From Hemiscyllium ocellatum (taxonomy: Eukaryota), in the NCBI RefSeq assembly GCF_020745735.1, contig NC_083415.1, forward strand, positions 38,120,964 through 38,184,963: a DNA stretch of 64,000 nt, given 5' to 3'. Shown one piece after another: positions 12,613 to 24,871 of the stretch. Each line of letters begins with the position of its first letter. Position 1 is the first letter of the stretch. The notes beneath the pieces are model-generated. The model was given only the letters and a program-made list of their open reading frames with translations. It was not told where the DNA came from and made no database searches. The translations under genes were made by a program, and so were the position numbers.

Positions 12613-15300
12613 GTAGAAACATAGAAAATAGGAATTGGTGTCGGCCATTCAGCCCTTCAAGCCTGCTCTACCATTCAATGTGATAATGGTTAATTATCCA
12701 ACTCAGTATTCTGTTCCTTCTATCGCTCTAGACTCTTTGATTCTTTTAGCACTAAGAACCATATCTATCTCCTTGTTGAAAACATTCAATGTCTTGGTCT
12801 CAACTCCTTTCTGTGGCAGAGAATTTCACAAGGCCACCACTCTCTGGATGAAGACATTTTAACCTTATCTCAGTCTTAAATGGTCTACCCCATATCTTAG
12901 ACTGGACTCTTGACTCCAGAATCCCCAGTCATCTGGAACATCCTTCCCATTTTTACCCTGTCTCGTCCTGTTAGGATTTTATAGGGTTCTAGGAGATTCC
13001 TCCCTCATTCTTCTAAACTCCATTGAATATGGGCGTAACTGATCCAGTCATCCAGTCTCTCTTCATACATCAGTATTGCCTTCCCAGGAATCAGTATGAT
13101 AAACCTTCATCCCACTCCCTCCATCACCAGAACATTCTTCCTCAGATAAAGAAGATCAAAGCTGCACACAATACTCCAGGAGTGGTCTCACCAAGGATCT
13201 GTAATAAACTGAAGTAAGACATCCATGCTACTGTATTGTAATTGCTTTGCTATGAAGGCCATTATACCATTTGCCTTCTTCATCGCCTGCTGCACCTGCA
13301 CGGTCACCTTCAGCAACTTTTGTACAAAAACACCCAGGTATTGTGGCACTTCCTCCTTACCCAATCTAACAACATTCAATTAATAATTCACTTTACAGTT
13401 TTTGCTACCATAGTGAATGACTTTACATTTATCTGCATTACTTCATCTGCTATGCATTTGCCACACATTCAATTTGTTTAAATCGCATCGAAGCATTTCT
13501 GAACCCTCATCAAAGACACACTTGGAGATATTACATTTAGCTCTCTCTTCTAAATCATTATCATGTATTGTGAATATACAACATAGAACACAGAAAAGTT
13601 CAGCAGAGAACAGGCCCTTCATGATGCTGTGCTGAGGATTATTCCTAATCTAAAATAAATAACTTAATCTACACACCCCTCAATTCACTGCTGTCCATAT
13701 GCATGTCCAACAGTCACTTAAATGTCCCCAATGATTCTGCTTCCACCACTGCTGCAACACATTCCATGCATTCAAAACACTCTGCGTAAAGAACCTACCT
13801 TTGAGGTCTTCTCTATACCTTCCTCCTAATATCTTAAAACTATGACCCCCTCGTGCCAGTCAATCCTGCTCTGGGGAAAAGTCTCTGGCTATTGACTCCA
13901 TCAATACCTTGTACACCTCAATCAGGTCACCTCCCTTCCTCCTTCTCTCCAGCGAGAAAAGTTTAAGCTTAGTCAACCTCTCTTTGTAAGACAAGCCCTC
14001 CAGTCCAGGCAACATCCTGGTAAACCTTCTTTGCACCCTCTCCTCAAAACCTCTGTATCTTTCCTATAATAGGCAACCAGAACTGGACACGATATTCCAA
14101 GTGTGGTCTCACCAGGGTCTTGTAGAGCTGCAGCAAAACCTCACGGCTCTTAAACTCGATCCCCGTTAATGTAAGCCAAAATACCATATGCTGTCTTAAC
14201 AACCCTATCCATTTGGGTGGCAACTTTGAGAGATCTATGCACTAGAACACCAGGATTCCTCTGTTCCTCCACACTGCCAAAAGCCTATCTTTAATCATAT
14301 ATTCAGCATTCAAGTTTGACCTTCCAAAATGCATCATTTTGCACTTATCCAGGTTGAACTCCATCTGCCATTTCTCAGCCCAGCTCTGCATCCTGTCTAT
14401 GTCACAGTGCAACCTGCAATAACCCTCAATACTATCAACAGTACCTCCAACCTTTATGTCAGCGACAAATTTACTAACCCACTCCTCAACCAAGTCATTT
14501 ATAAAAACTACAAAGAACAGAGGTCCAAGAACAGAGCCTTGCGGGACATTACTCACCACTGACCTCCAGGCAGGATATTTTCCATCTACAGCCACTCTCT
14601 GTCTTTTGTCAGCCGACCAATTCTGAATCCAGACAGCCAAGACACCCTTTATCCCATACCTCCTGACTTTATGAATGAGCCTACCGTGGGGAGCCTTATC
14701 AAATGGCCTTGCTGAGGTCCATATACACCGCATCCACTGCTCGACCTTCGTTGACCTTGTCACCTCCTCAAAGAACTCAATAAGATTTATGAGGCATGAC
14801 CTGCCCCTCACAAAGCCATGCTGACTGCCTTCAATCATGCTATGCTTTCCAAATAGTCATAAATGAATAGCTGAAACTCAAGCACTGATTTCTGCAGTAT
14901 CTCACCAGTCATTGGCTGCCACTTAGAAAATGGATTATTTAATTTATTCCAATTCTTTGTTTCTTGTCTGCCAACCAGTTATTTATCCATGTCTGTTCAG
15001 TACTTCCAATCCCCTACACTTTTGACTTACATGCTAATCTGTTATGTGGGACCTTATTGAAAGCCTTCTGCAAGTTCAAATAAGCCACATCCACTGGTTC
15101 ACCCCCGCCCCCCCCCCCCCCCCCCCCACCATGGGTAAAGAAATTTATCACCATCTCACTCCTAAATGGCCTACCTTGTATCCTTAGACAGTGACCTCTG
15201 GTTCCAAAATCAATCCATACCCTCCAAACCATAGGAACTATCCCAGAGTCTATAGAATCTTGACAAATGACAAGATATCCACTATTTCGAGATCCAATTA
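12613..15300 (-). mobile_element. Older CR1 LINE, interrupted by a second CR1 at 13578-14862
   Basis: tagaaacatagaaa tail; LNLQKAFNKVPH RT motif resumes after 14863. Confidence 0.8.
13578..14862 (-). mobile_element. Nested CR1 LINE (RT to 3' end)
   Basis: QHGFVRGRSCL, VPQGSVLGP, WQMEFNLDKC; tgaata flanks both sides (13571-13576/14864-14869). Confidence 0.9.
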
Positions 15301-15670
15301 CACAGCATGGAAACAGATCCTTCATTCCAACTCATCCATGCTGATCAGTTATTGGTAATCAATCTAGTCCCATTTACCAGCAATTTGCCCCATATCCCTC
15401 TGAACCCTTCCTATTCTTGTAGCCTTTCAACTGTGGTAATCGTAACTGCCTCCACCAACTCCTCTGGCAGCACGTTCCATACACATAACATGTTCTGAGT
15501 TACCCCTCAGGTCCCTTTTAAATCTTTCCCCTCTCACCTTAAACCTATGTCCTCTAGTTTTGAAATCCCCTACCTTAGGAAGAAGACATTGGCTATTCAG
15601 CTCATTCCCCATGATTTTAATAACTGCTATAAGGTCCACTCCTCAACTTCTGACGGTCCAGGGAAAGAAA
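15300..15670 (-). mobile_element. CR1 3' fragment
   Basis: TRGHRFKVRGERFKRDLRGN motif. Confidence 0.8.
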
Positions 15671-16759
15671 GCCCTTCTTAAATCCATGATTCATGTTATG
15701 TGTAAAAATTAAGTCCCAGCACATTTTAACAGGAAGTGTATGATCAGTGTTAACAGATTCTCAATAAATAATGCTGCCAAGATTAAATTGTCAGAAATAG
15801 TGATTGTTAATTGAAGTGAAATTAATTGCAACCCTATTAAATTAGTGGATTGCTTTTAACGAAAATCATAAATAGATGAAAATGTGGTATGAAAATGGAG
15901 TATGGGAGCACATTATGTAATATGGACAATTCAGTTTTATATTGTTTATATATGGATGCTATATCCATATTACCAGCTTTACTAGGCAACAACTTACCAT
16001 GACTGTGAAGGACACATTCTCCATATACCTTTAACCGCGTGAGCATTTCAAGAAACACATTATCAATTGTTACATATTCCATACAAGAAATATTCCAATC
16101 CCGGTGAACCAATTAGTAAAAATAGCAACAAATGCTTTAAAACTTGTATTCGCACAAGAAAATGTGCAAGTTTCCAAACTGAAGCCTCAATGTGAAAGAA
16201 AAGCTCTAGATTAAAAGTAGCACTGTAGAAACAAAATTCCCATCATTCATATGCAATTGGCCAGATATTTCATCCCACCCCATCCCAGAAATTCAACTGT
16301 AGACAAACCAAACAGTTTTGGACAATAGAAAACATTTAGAAGAAAGATTAGTCTAAACAAATAATTTGCACTGCAAAGTTTCTTAACACGTTATCACTGA
16401 ATTCTCAATAAGGATAAAAATACAAGCCCGATGGGCTGGATAAAATTTTAATGTTTCGACACGTAAGTCATAAAATTTCGCTTCACCTTGGCATTAAAAA
16501 GCTATTTAAAAAGCCTAGATAAAATAACTGTCATGTCAGTTCACCCTAATTATATGCAAATATATATTATTCGCCTGTCACTTAATCACTTTTTAAACCA
16601 TATTAGCTTTCACGAGTCAAATGAAATTAGTTAGCCCCTCTCCCTCGCTTTCCACTGAGAAAGGAAATGTGTGCGTTTACCTACAAGGACTGTATTCATA
16701 TCACAATGATGCAAATTCTAGATTAATTTTTTTGAAGTTAACCAAGCAAGACTCAACAA

Positions 16760-17760
16760 GGCTGCCATTTTCCCTCCGGCCGCTGGCAGATCTACTGGGT
16801 CTCCGTTTGAACAGCGACGTGCACTACGTGCTGTAAACATTACAGTGTCAAGTCCCTGCTAGCTCTCTGCTTTGATTGATGGGCGGAGAAACCGGCCGGC
16901 GCATTCCGCAGTCCATTCCATTACTCCTGCCCACAGGCTGATCGCAGGGGGTGGGGAGTCAGCACCGTTTCTTAACGTGCAACTTTCCGCCCCCTCGGAG
17001 CAAGCTTTGACGCGGAAAGGAAGCTGAGCAGCAGCAGCAAGTTGCAGGTGGACAAGGCAACTAAGTGAGTGAGTAATAAACAGACTGAGATCCAGAGATC
17101 GCTTGAAAAGGGGCAGATGCAATCAACGAAAATAGAAGAGGCGTAACTTCTTAAAATCCAATCGTATCCGAGACTGGATTACAAATAAATCAAACAGGCG
17201 TGGCCAAACTTGGAAATGAGTGACAGGCACATGGCAGTCAAATGGTTGGTTTTGAAATGTTTTGACCCAACTTTTGGTTGCAAGGGTGGGGAGATGAGAA
17301 GAAGGGGGTGAAGTACAAAAGAGGGAAAAAATGGGGTGAGCTGGAAAAGGCGGGAGAGGGGTTGGAAAGGAGGGAAGTGGGAGTAAAGGGAGGGAGGGAC
17401 GAAGAGGAGGTGGGGTGGAAGGGGGCGAGGTGGGGCAGCCGGTCTGCAAACTGCGCTGTCCGAGCACCGGCAGCAGTGCCCGGGCCGGCGGCGCTGAGTG
17501 ACAAGTCGCTACACCAGTCGCACGCCTTGTTGCCAGTGTCAGCGTTCTTTAATGGAATGTTTATAACGTGCAGCCACCAATCGGTGTGAACGGCAGGCGG
17601 GGCCTAGCTCTGAGGGGGGCGGGGCCCGGCTCAGCCCGGGCGGAGAGAGGGAGAGAAGCAAAACAATTGTAATCAGCAGGAACGCCGGCTCGCAGAGTGG
17701 AGGGGTGGCTTCTTCCTCCCTCCCGCTCTCTGTCTGCAAACATCAGAATCTCACACGAAT
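16760..17760 (+). promoter_or_regulatory. CpG-rich promoter region of the ZNF704-like gene
   Basis: Sharp rise in CpG/GC against an AT-rich background; CCAAT at ~17577; GC boxes GGCGGGGC ~17596 and GGGGGCGGGGC ~17615; YY1-like AAGATGGCGCC at ~18248 in intron 1. Confidence 0.75.
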
Positions 17761-17868
17761 GTAAAATTGCATTAGCCTCTTCCGTGAGGGAGAAAAAAAA
17801 TTATAGGCGCCTAGTTTGTAGTTCACCTCGTCACTCTTTTTCCCCCCCTCCCCTCAAAAAGCAAGACC

Positions 17869-18108
17869 ATGAGCTCCAAACGCCTTGCAAAAAAATATAA
17901 AGTTGTAGGGACAAAGGTTTGCGCGCCAAGTTCATCCGGCGAAGTCAGAGTTTCTGGAGTGATTCAGGCTTGTAAGAACGACCCTGCGGGCAATAATTTA
18001 TACACAATCATGTTAGACGATGGCTCTCTCAGAGAGTATGCAGAAGAAGAAATAATCTGCATCGATGTCAAAGTATCTGGAAAAGGAAAATCCGGATATA
18101 ATCAAAAG
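17869..18108 (+). CDS. ZNF704: First coding exon of a ZNF704-like C-clamp/zinc-finger transcription factor (N-terminal DUF4772-like region)
   Basis: ATG in gaccATG context. MSSKRLAKKYKVVGTKVCAP resembles the family N-terminus (ZNF395 RRLGKRSLLGARV). 80 codons ending ..GYNQK then AAG|gtattt donor (phase 0), as recalled for ZNF395 ..PGQK|. Confidence 0.75.
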
Positions 18109-18663
18109 GTATTTAAACATCTGTTCATTTCATTGCACAAAAGGTTAAATTGTTTCCACCGATTGCAAAGTCGATGCATGATTTTATTTATGTTTTTTTT
18201 GCAATCAGACATATTACTTTTTTATATTTGGAATACATATTGAAACTAAGATGGCGCCTGAAGTGCACGTCCAAAGTTTAAAGAGAGTAGAGCAAGGAAA
18301 CCGATAAATTAAATGCCCACCTCCAGCGAGACCAAACCCCTGTTACACTGGTGTATTATTAGTGTCGGTCCCGTTTTTGAAAGTAAACGTGTCAATCTAG
18401 ATAGAGCATATTCCTTGGAGTGAACTGTCCAAACAACTTTGCCACTTGTGGACTTGTCATTTCAATATCTGGACATTGGGTTTTGTCCAGTTTGACTTGG
18501 CAACAGGCAGGTCTGCAATAGGAAAACTAACCGAACGTTTTGGGTTCATTTGCCTGATTTTTACTTTTGGAAAATAAAGGTTTTTTTTAGAAAAACGTTT
18601 CCTTTGCCGCGGCGGAGGAAAACAAAAAAAAGTCATTAAGCTCTGGGTTTTATAAAATTGCAG

Positions 18664-18905
18664 ATGCTTCTGAACTGCAAAGGCAGTGAATCGGTGGGGG
18701 CTTTGCAAGAACGAGAAAAGAATGATGTTCCTTTAAGATCCCCAGAGCCACGCGGCCTGACAGCCAAAAAACCCGAAGACCGGTATCTGGAAAACAAATG
18801 TAACAGAACTCGCGAGGTGGAGAAGGAGCACACGACCCTCCCCCTTGGCTCGGTGTCAGAACAGAAACGCCTCCTTCCTTCGGCAAACATCGACGTTCCT
18901 CAGAG
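18664..18905 (+). CDS. ZNF704: Second coding exon of ZNF704-like gene
   Basis: ttgcag|ATG acceptor (phase 0, compatible with exon 1) and AG|gtaggc donor. EKEHT..EQKRLLPSANIDVPQR matches recalled human ZNF704 EKENT..EQKRKVVSSNIDVPPAR. The next expected exon (AAMVLTSLS) was not seen in the window. Confidence 0.75.
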
Positions 18906-20939
18906 GTAGGCTTTCTCTTTTTTTGCAAGCGTTCCGAGCTACTTTTCGGATATCTAGGAACGGATGAGGTCAGATTACATCCTCAAATGGAACTAACCAC
19001 GGCACGGAACATGTTCTGAACGTATTGAACAAATGTTCCTATCTTCCGCCCCCCTCAACGTGTATTTTTCCCCACCCGGAATGGGAACGCCCACCTTTCA
19101 TACTCTGGAGTGTCGACCCGTTTGTAGTTCACAACTTATCAGTTCGAGTGTCTACTCAAGTACATACACCATTGTACTTAGCAACTGCTGAAATGTAAAA
19201 ATCACTTGACTCTCCAGTTTTATAAATTTTTGTCACGGTGTACTTGCCTTGTATCACTGTTAAGGTTCCAGTGGCATTTATTGTGGTCTGACATTAGTAT
19301 AACATTGATCTGTCACTTTTTAAAAAAAATTCATTATTTGGATTTTCTGGTTGTAAGGGTACTTCAGTCAATCATGATCTGTCACCGGCATTTTATGTTA
19401 GCTACAATTACTGTGACTGCACTGCCAGTATTTCTAATGGTCATTGCCACCAACTTGAATGCTGAAGATATTGACCTATGAGATGAAGCAGTTGACCTGT
19501 GCAGATGAAGGTGACTACCAGAAAAATAGTGACAACACTGAAGAAGACATACTTATGGTTACTTGGTTCAGTGAAGAAATTATTTTAATTTCTTTGAGCT
19601 AAAGCAATAGCATCTACAAAAGTGCGGTGGTCGGAAAGCCCAGTGATTAGTCATTCAAATTTTTTTAAAAGAAAATAGTGAAAACTCATTTTATAATAGC
19701 AGAGTGGATTGGTTATGTGCCTGTTTTAAATTATTGTGGTTGTAGAAGCAGCTTGTTCTACTTAAGAATTCCAATTGTGGTAAGTGATTTGTATGCAATT
19801 GTCTTTTAAATTAGCAATATTTATGATTATATTTTAAAATTATTTTGTTTACTTGCAATTGTATGTTAAATTTGGTAAAGTCTGGTTAATTAATAGGTCT
19901 AATGCCCAGTACACCTAATATTCTGCTATACTTCAAATCTTGTTCATTATTCAAAGAAAACTCATGCACTTCACAATCCAAATACACTTGACGAAGAATA
20001 TTCTTTTTTCTCTTCCACACTGAGATTTGAAGAAACTTCAAGACCTTCACAACTTTAGAATAGAGTGAAGACATGTATCTGGGTTTAGAGATCATCAGAA
20101 TGCCTAAAGAAAAGAGGTTGGTGCCCAGGCCTTAATACTGTTGGGGATTTACATCTGGCACAGGATTCACCATCTGGCCAACTCCTGCTGGTGATTGGAG
20201 ATGCAGCTAAAAATGCAAAAAAAGTACTTCTGCATAACTATTGGATTCTGGCTGTTCATGCCATTCCACCCTAATTGCACTAGAGCATCCATTGGTCAGG
20301 TATGTCAAGCTATTCAAAGGGTTGACAGCCAAGTGATAGGAGAATAGGGGGTGACATGCATTTTGGCAGAATAAGCTGACTGTGTAGCTAAGCTTATCAC
20401 AGTGGTCAGGGGCATCACTATCATTCCTCATAACTCTGTGCAGTTGCCAGTCAAAGCTTTCATTTTACTGCTAACTGCCAGTCAGTAGAAATAGTGGAGT
20501 CAGTTCCAATCAAATTCCACAAACACTCAGTGCTTTTATATTGTATTGAAAGGTTTCAAGTGTTTCAGCAATATCATCCAGTCACCTTCAGAATTCACTT
20601 TTTAAGGAAGGAAATCCAGTGGTTTCTGGATTTTTTTATCCTTCTTCTGCATTGATAACCTTGCTATTTCACAAGGAAAAAGAGTTGAAGTTTTAAGAAG
20701 TATTTCTCTTCAGTTAGTCTTAAAGTTAGCTTAGAATATTTCTCTTCAGGAATTTAATTTGTAGGTGTGGTACCTGAATTATATACCGGAACTTAAAACC
20801 TAACACCTCTTTCTTCTCGGCATGTTATTGCCAAAGCCATGCTCCAGACGGAGGATGAATAGAGCAACATCACTGGACATCAATTATACGTTCAATTAAA
20901 TAAAATCCAAAACAATTTAAGGAAGTTCTTAAGTTTGTA

Positions 20940-20940
<1 letters not shown>

Positions 20941-20975
<35 letters not shown>

Positions 20976-21002
20976 TATGTGTATATATATGTACGTACGT
21001 GT
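20941..21002. repeat. (TG)n/(TA)n microsatellite
   Basis: Direct reading. Confidence 0.95.
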
Positions 21003-21595
21003 AGTATTGATATAGTGTATGGAACATCTGAAATTTTACTAAATTTTGCTTTGAAAAAACAAGAAGGATTCATACTTACCTTTTGAAACCTCCATATTCT
21101 TGACTAAGTTCCATCGTTTCATACTATTCTTATCATCTATTGAATGTCTAATGTTTTCTGGTTCCTATTTTAATGATTTATTTAATTTGTCAGTGCATCT
21201 TAGCTTTGAGTTTATCATTTGAAACATTTTCTCCGGAGATATGTTGCAACTGAAGTCTTCATGTGTCCATTTAGGGTGCTTCATTAATACATTGTAATAT
21301 AAGTAGTCTTGTTGCACATGGGACAAATAACATGTAAAAGAAGGGAAAACATTGATCAGTAGTGCGAGTGTTTTGTTTAACTTTGAAGTTTTCTTGTGTT
21401 TTTCTGTGTTATATGCCTTATTAACTTAAAATTGCACATAACTTGGATTTTAATTCTGCTTTTAAGCATGAGCTTCCGGTATTGCAAAATCATTGATATA
21501 ACTCAAATTATACCTCGCCCCAATAAATCTTTAAACTGCCACTCAAAACTAGATCATTTCTTCACATCATTAAAACGTACACTGAATACAGGAAT

Positions 21596-21760
21596 GATTT
21601 GGAGATGCCGGTGTTGGACTGGGGTGTACAAAGTTTAAAAATCACACAACACCAGGCTATAGTCCAACAAGTGACCACCTGATGAAGGAGCAGCGCTCTG
21701 AAAGCTAGTGCTTCCAATTACACCTTTTAAACTATAGCCTGGTGTTATGTGGTTTTTATC
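21596..21760. mobile_element. Short PLE insertion with inverted arms and one HHR on + (21676-21710)
   Basis: CAC-CTGATGA-A-GGAGC-agc-GCTCT-GAAA-GC-TA-GTG; arms ~21637-21663/~21731-21758. Confidence 0.8.
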
Positions 21761-21992
21761 TGAATAGTTGATATTTATGGTGTATTTACACTTCAGTTTT
21801 TGGGGTTATTGCAATGCTTTATTTGCTCCTAAACATGCATTAAAATTTTGTAATCTATATTGGATTTAAAGATTGAATATCTCCAAAATAAATAATGCAA
21901 ATAGAGACTGCTTTCTCCTGGGAAATCTACTTGTTGGGCTTTGGCTCTGTATTCATCCTGCTTTAACACGAGTACTGCAGCATCTGAAGTGT

Positions 21993-22908
21993 ATAGCGTC
22001 ATAGAGGCATTGTCATAGGGATGTACAGCACGGAAAGACCCTTCGGTCCAACTCATCCATGCCAATCCAACCCAATCTAGTCCCACCTGCCAGCACCCGA
22101 CCCATATCCCTCCAAACCTGTCCTATTCATATATTCATCAAGATGCCTTTTAAATGTTGCAATCGTACTAGCCTTCATCACTTCCTCTGGCAGCTCATTT
22201 CATACGCATACCACCCTCTGAATGAAAAAGTTGTCCCTTAGGTCTCTTTTATATCTTTCTCCCTTCACCCTAAACCTATGCCCTCTAGTTCTGGATTCCC
22301 CCAACCCAGGGAAAAGACTTTGGCTATTTATCCTTTCCATGCCCCTTGTGATTTTCTAAACCTTTCATAAGGTCACCCCTCAGCCTCCGACGCTCCAGGG
22401 AAAACAGTCCTAGCCTATTTAACCTCTCCTTATAGCTCAAATCCTCCAACCCTGGCAACATCCTTGTGAAACTTTTCTGAACCCTTTCAAGTTTCACAGC
22501 ATCTTTCCGATAGGAAGGAGACCAGAATTGCACGCAGTATTCCAACAGTGGCCTAACCAATGTCCTGTACAGCCGCAACATGACCTCCCAACTCCTGTAC
22601 TCAATACTCTCACCAATAAAGGACAACATAACAAACACCTTCTTCACTATCCTATCTACCTGCGACTCTACTTTCAAGGAAATATGGATCTGCAGTCCAA
22701 GGTCTCTTTGTTCAGCAACACTCCCTAGGAGCTTACCATTAAGTGTATAAATCCTGCTAAGATTTGCTTTTCCAAAATGCAGTACCTCTCATTTATCTGA
22801 ATTAAAATCCATCTGCCACTTCTCAGCCCATTGACCCATCTGATCAAGATTCTGTTGTAATCTGAGGTAACCTTCTATGCTGTCCACTACACTTCCAATT
22901 TTGGTGTC
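21993..22908 (-). mobile_element. CR1 LINE 3' fragment
   Basis: LYRTLVRPLLEYCVQFWSP..LERVQK. Confidence 0.95.
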
Positions 22909-23258
22909 CTCCTGTAAGGCGCATTACTGTTCAAGTGTCGTTTGAACTGAGAAGTTCGTAATTTGAGTTTGGGTATAGTTTGGAAAATTAATGTTAACAT
23001 TTGTAGACAGTTTTAACTATAGAGATGTCCAAAGCAATTGTTCCTGACAAGTGTTAAAATACTCCTCAGATCATTAAACAGCTTCCCATTCTTTACACAC
23101 CACTTTTTCTCTCCAGACATTACTCCCCTTCATTCTTTCAGTGAAGTACTATTCCTAAACCCAACAAACCCCTTTTATCCTCATTTACTTCATATACACT
23201 CTTATTACTTTTTTATATTACTTCTTGAAATAGATGTCACTGGCAAGGCTGTGAGAAT

Positions 23259-23519
23259 TGGGAAATTTAGCACTATGGCCAATTCACCTAACTTGCACAT
23301 CTTTGGGTTGTAGGAGGAAACTGGAGCACCCGGAGGAAACCCATGCAAACTCCACACAGACAATGGAGGCTGGAATTGAACCCGGGTCCCTGGCACTGTG
23401 AGGCAGCAATGCTAACCACTGAACCACTGTGCCACTCTGATAAATTAATAGTTGCCTGAAATAGTTGATTATGAAGCAGCAAAGGTGGTACAATTGTTGA
23501 AGATCATTGCATAAACTGG
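23259..23519 (-). repeat. Perfect inverted copy of 24375-24635 (SINE 5' part plus unique flank)
   Basis: 261-bp reverse-complement identity; mirrored ORFs 23284-23493(-)/24401-24610(+) are identical. Confidence 0.95.
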
Positions 23520-24456
23520 CAAGTTGACCTGAGAGAGTGGTGGGGACCTTTTTTGTTTTTTAAACCTCTGGGGTCTGTATAGTAAAGGTGTTCGCACAGG
23601 TTTGGTAGGGAAAGAGTTCTAGAAGGCATGCTTGTGCCAGTGGGGGAATTACAACCTATGTCCAAGTTAGTGTAGTATGTGTTTTGAGAGAAACTTGGAG
23701 GCAGTGTTGTTCTCATTTACGTGTTGTGGTTGTGCTTCTGCATAGTGGAAGTTGCAGGTTTCTGCTGAAGAAATGTTAAAGGGTTGGAACGCTGGTTAAC
23801 ATTATAAATTGTATCCGTGGGACAACAGCAGTGGTGGCTGGGTTGCCTTGATTTGGGTGTTATTGAGTACCTTGAATATTCTTGGAGCTGTAGCAACTTC
23901 TACTAGTAGTGATAGTCCCATCTCAATCCTGACTTGCATTTTGTAGCTGATTGCAATACTTTGAGGATTTGCAAAACGAGCCATACACTGCCTCCAGCCA
24001 CTGAGCTAGTGACTGGTGTCAACTTTGAGTTTTTGGCCAATAGTGACTTCCAAGATGTCAAGGTCAAGTTTAAGGTAAGGTTGTTGGACCTGAAAATAGT
24101 CAGTAGTCAATTAATATGAATATTACTTCCCCCTTATCAGCCTCAGACTGGATATTATTGAGATCTTATAACATTGAGTGTGGTCTTTTCTTTCTCTGAA
24201 TTTTAAATGAAGGTGATCGATCAGTAATCAAATCCACCTTCGATCATTTGACAAAGAGAAAAATCATTGAAACTGAAAGTAGTTGGTTGTTGGATGATGA
24301 TGATGTCCTGGAGTAGCAATAATTAAATGAAAGAAAGAAATGGGCAACAAAATGGGGTGTTGATTCCGAACCAACCAGTTTATGCAATGATCTTCAACAA
24401 TTGTACCACCTTTGCTGCTTCATAATCAACTATTTCAGGCAACTATTAATTTATCA

Positions 24457-24790
24457 GAGTGGCACAGTGGTTCAGTGGTTAGCATTGCTGCCTCACAGTG
24501 CCAGGGACCCGGGTTCAATTCCAGCCTCCATTGTCTGTGTGGAGTTTGCATGGGTTTCCTCCGGGTGCTCCAGTTTCCTCCTACAACCCAAAGATGTGCA
24601 AGTTAGGTGAATTGGCCATAGTGCTAAATTTCCCATTGTGTTCAGGGATATGTGGGTTAGGTGCATTAGTCAGGGGTAAATATAGGATGGTGGGCTGGGG
24701 GAGTGGGTCTGCGTGGGTTACTCTTCAGAGAGTTGGTGTGGAATTGTTGGGCTGAAGGGCCTGTTTCCACATTGGAGGGACTTCTATCGG
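24457..24790 (+). mobile_element. HE1-like V-SINE
   Basis: gtggcacagtggttcagtggttagc A box, gggttcaattcc B box, V-domain, gaagggcctgtttcc tail. Confidence 0.85.
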
Positions 24791-24836
24791 TATAGACATT
24801 GTTTGTAAAAGTATCACTTTTAAACTTATTAGACAA

Positions 24837-24839
<3 letters not shown>

Positions 24840-24866
<27 letters not shown>
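24840..24866. repeat. (TA)n microsatellite
   Basis: Direct reading. Confidence 0.95.

Positions 24867-24871
<5 letters not shown>

Noticed and set aside
15102-15128. Poly-C run giving a poly-Gly ORF
   Set aside because: Homopolymer at a junction between CR1 fragments.
18109-18243. C-terminal 44 aa of ORF 17869-18243
   Set aside because: Read-through into intron 1 past a good GT donor; AT-rich, no family similarity.
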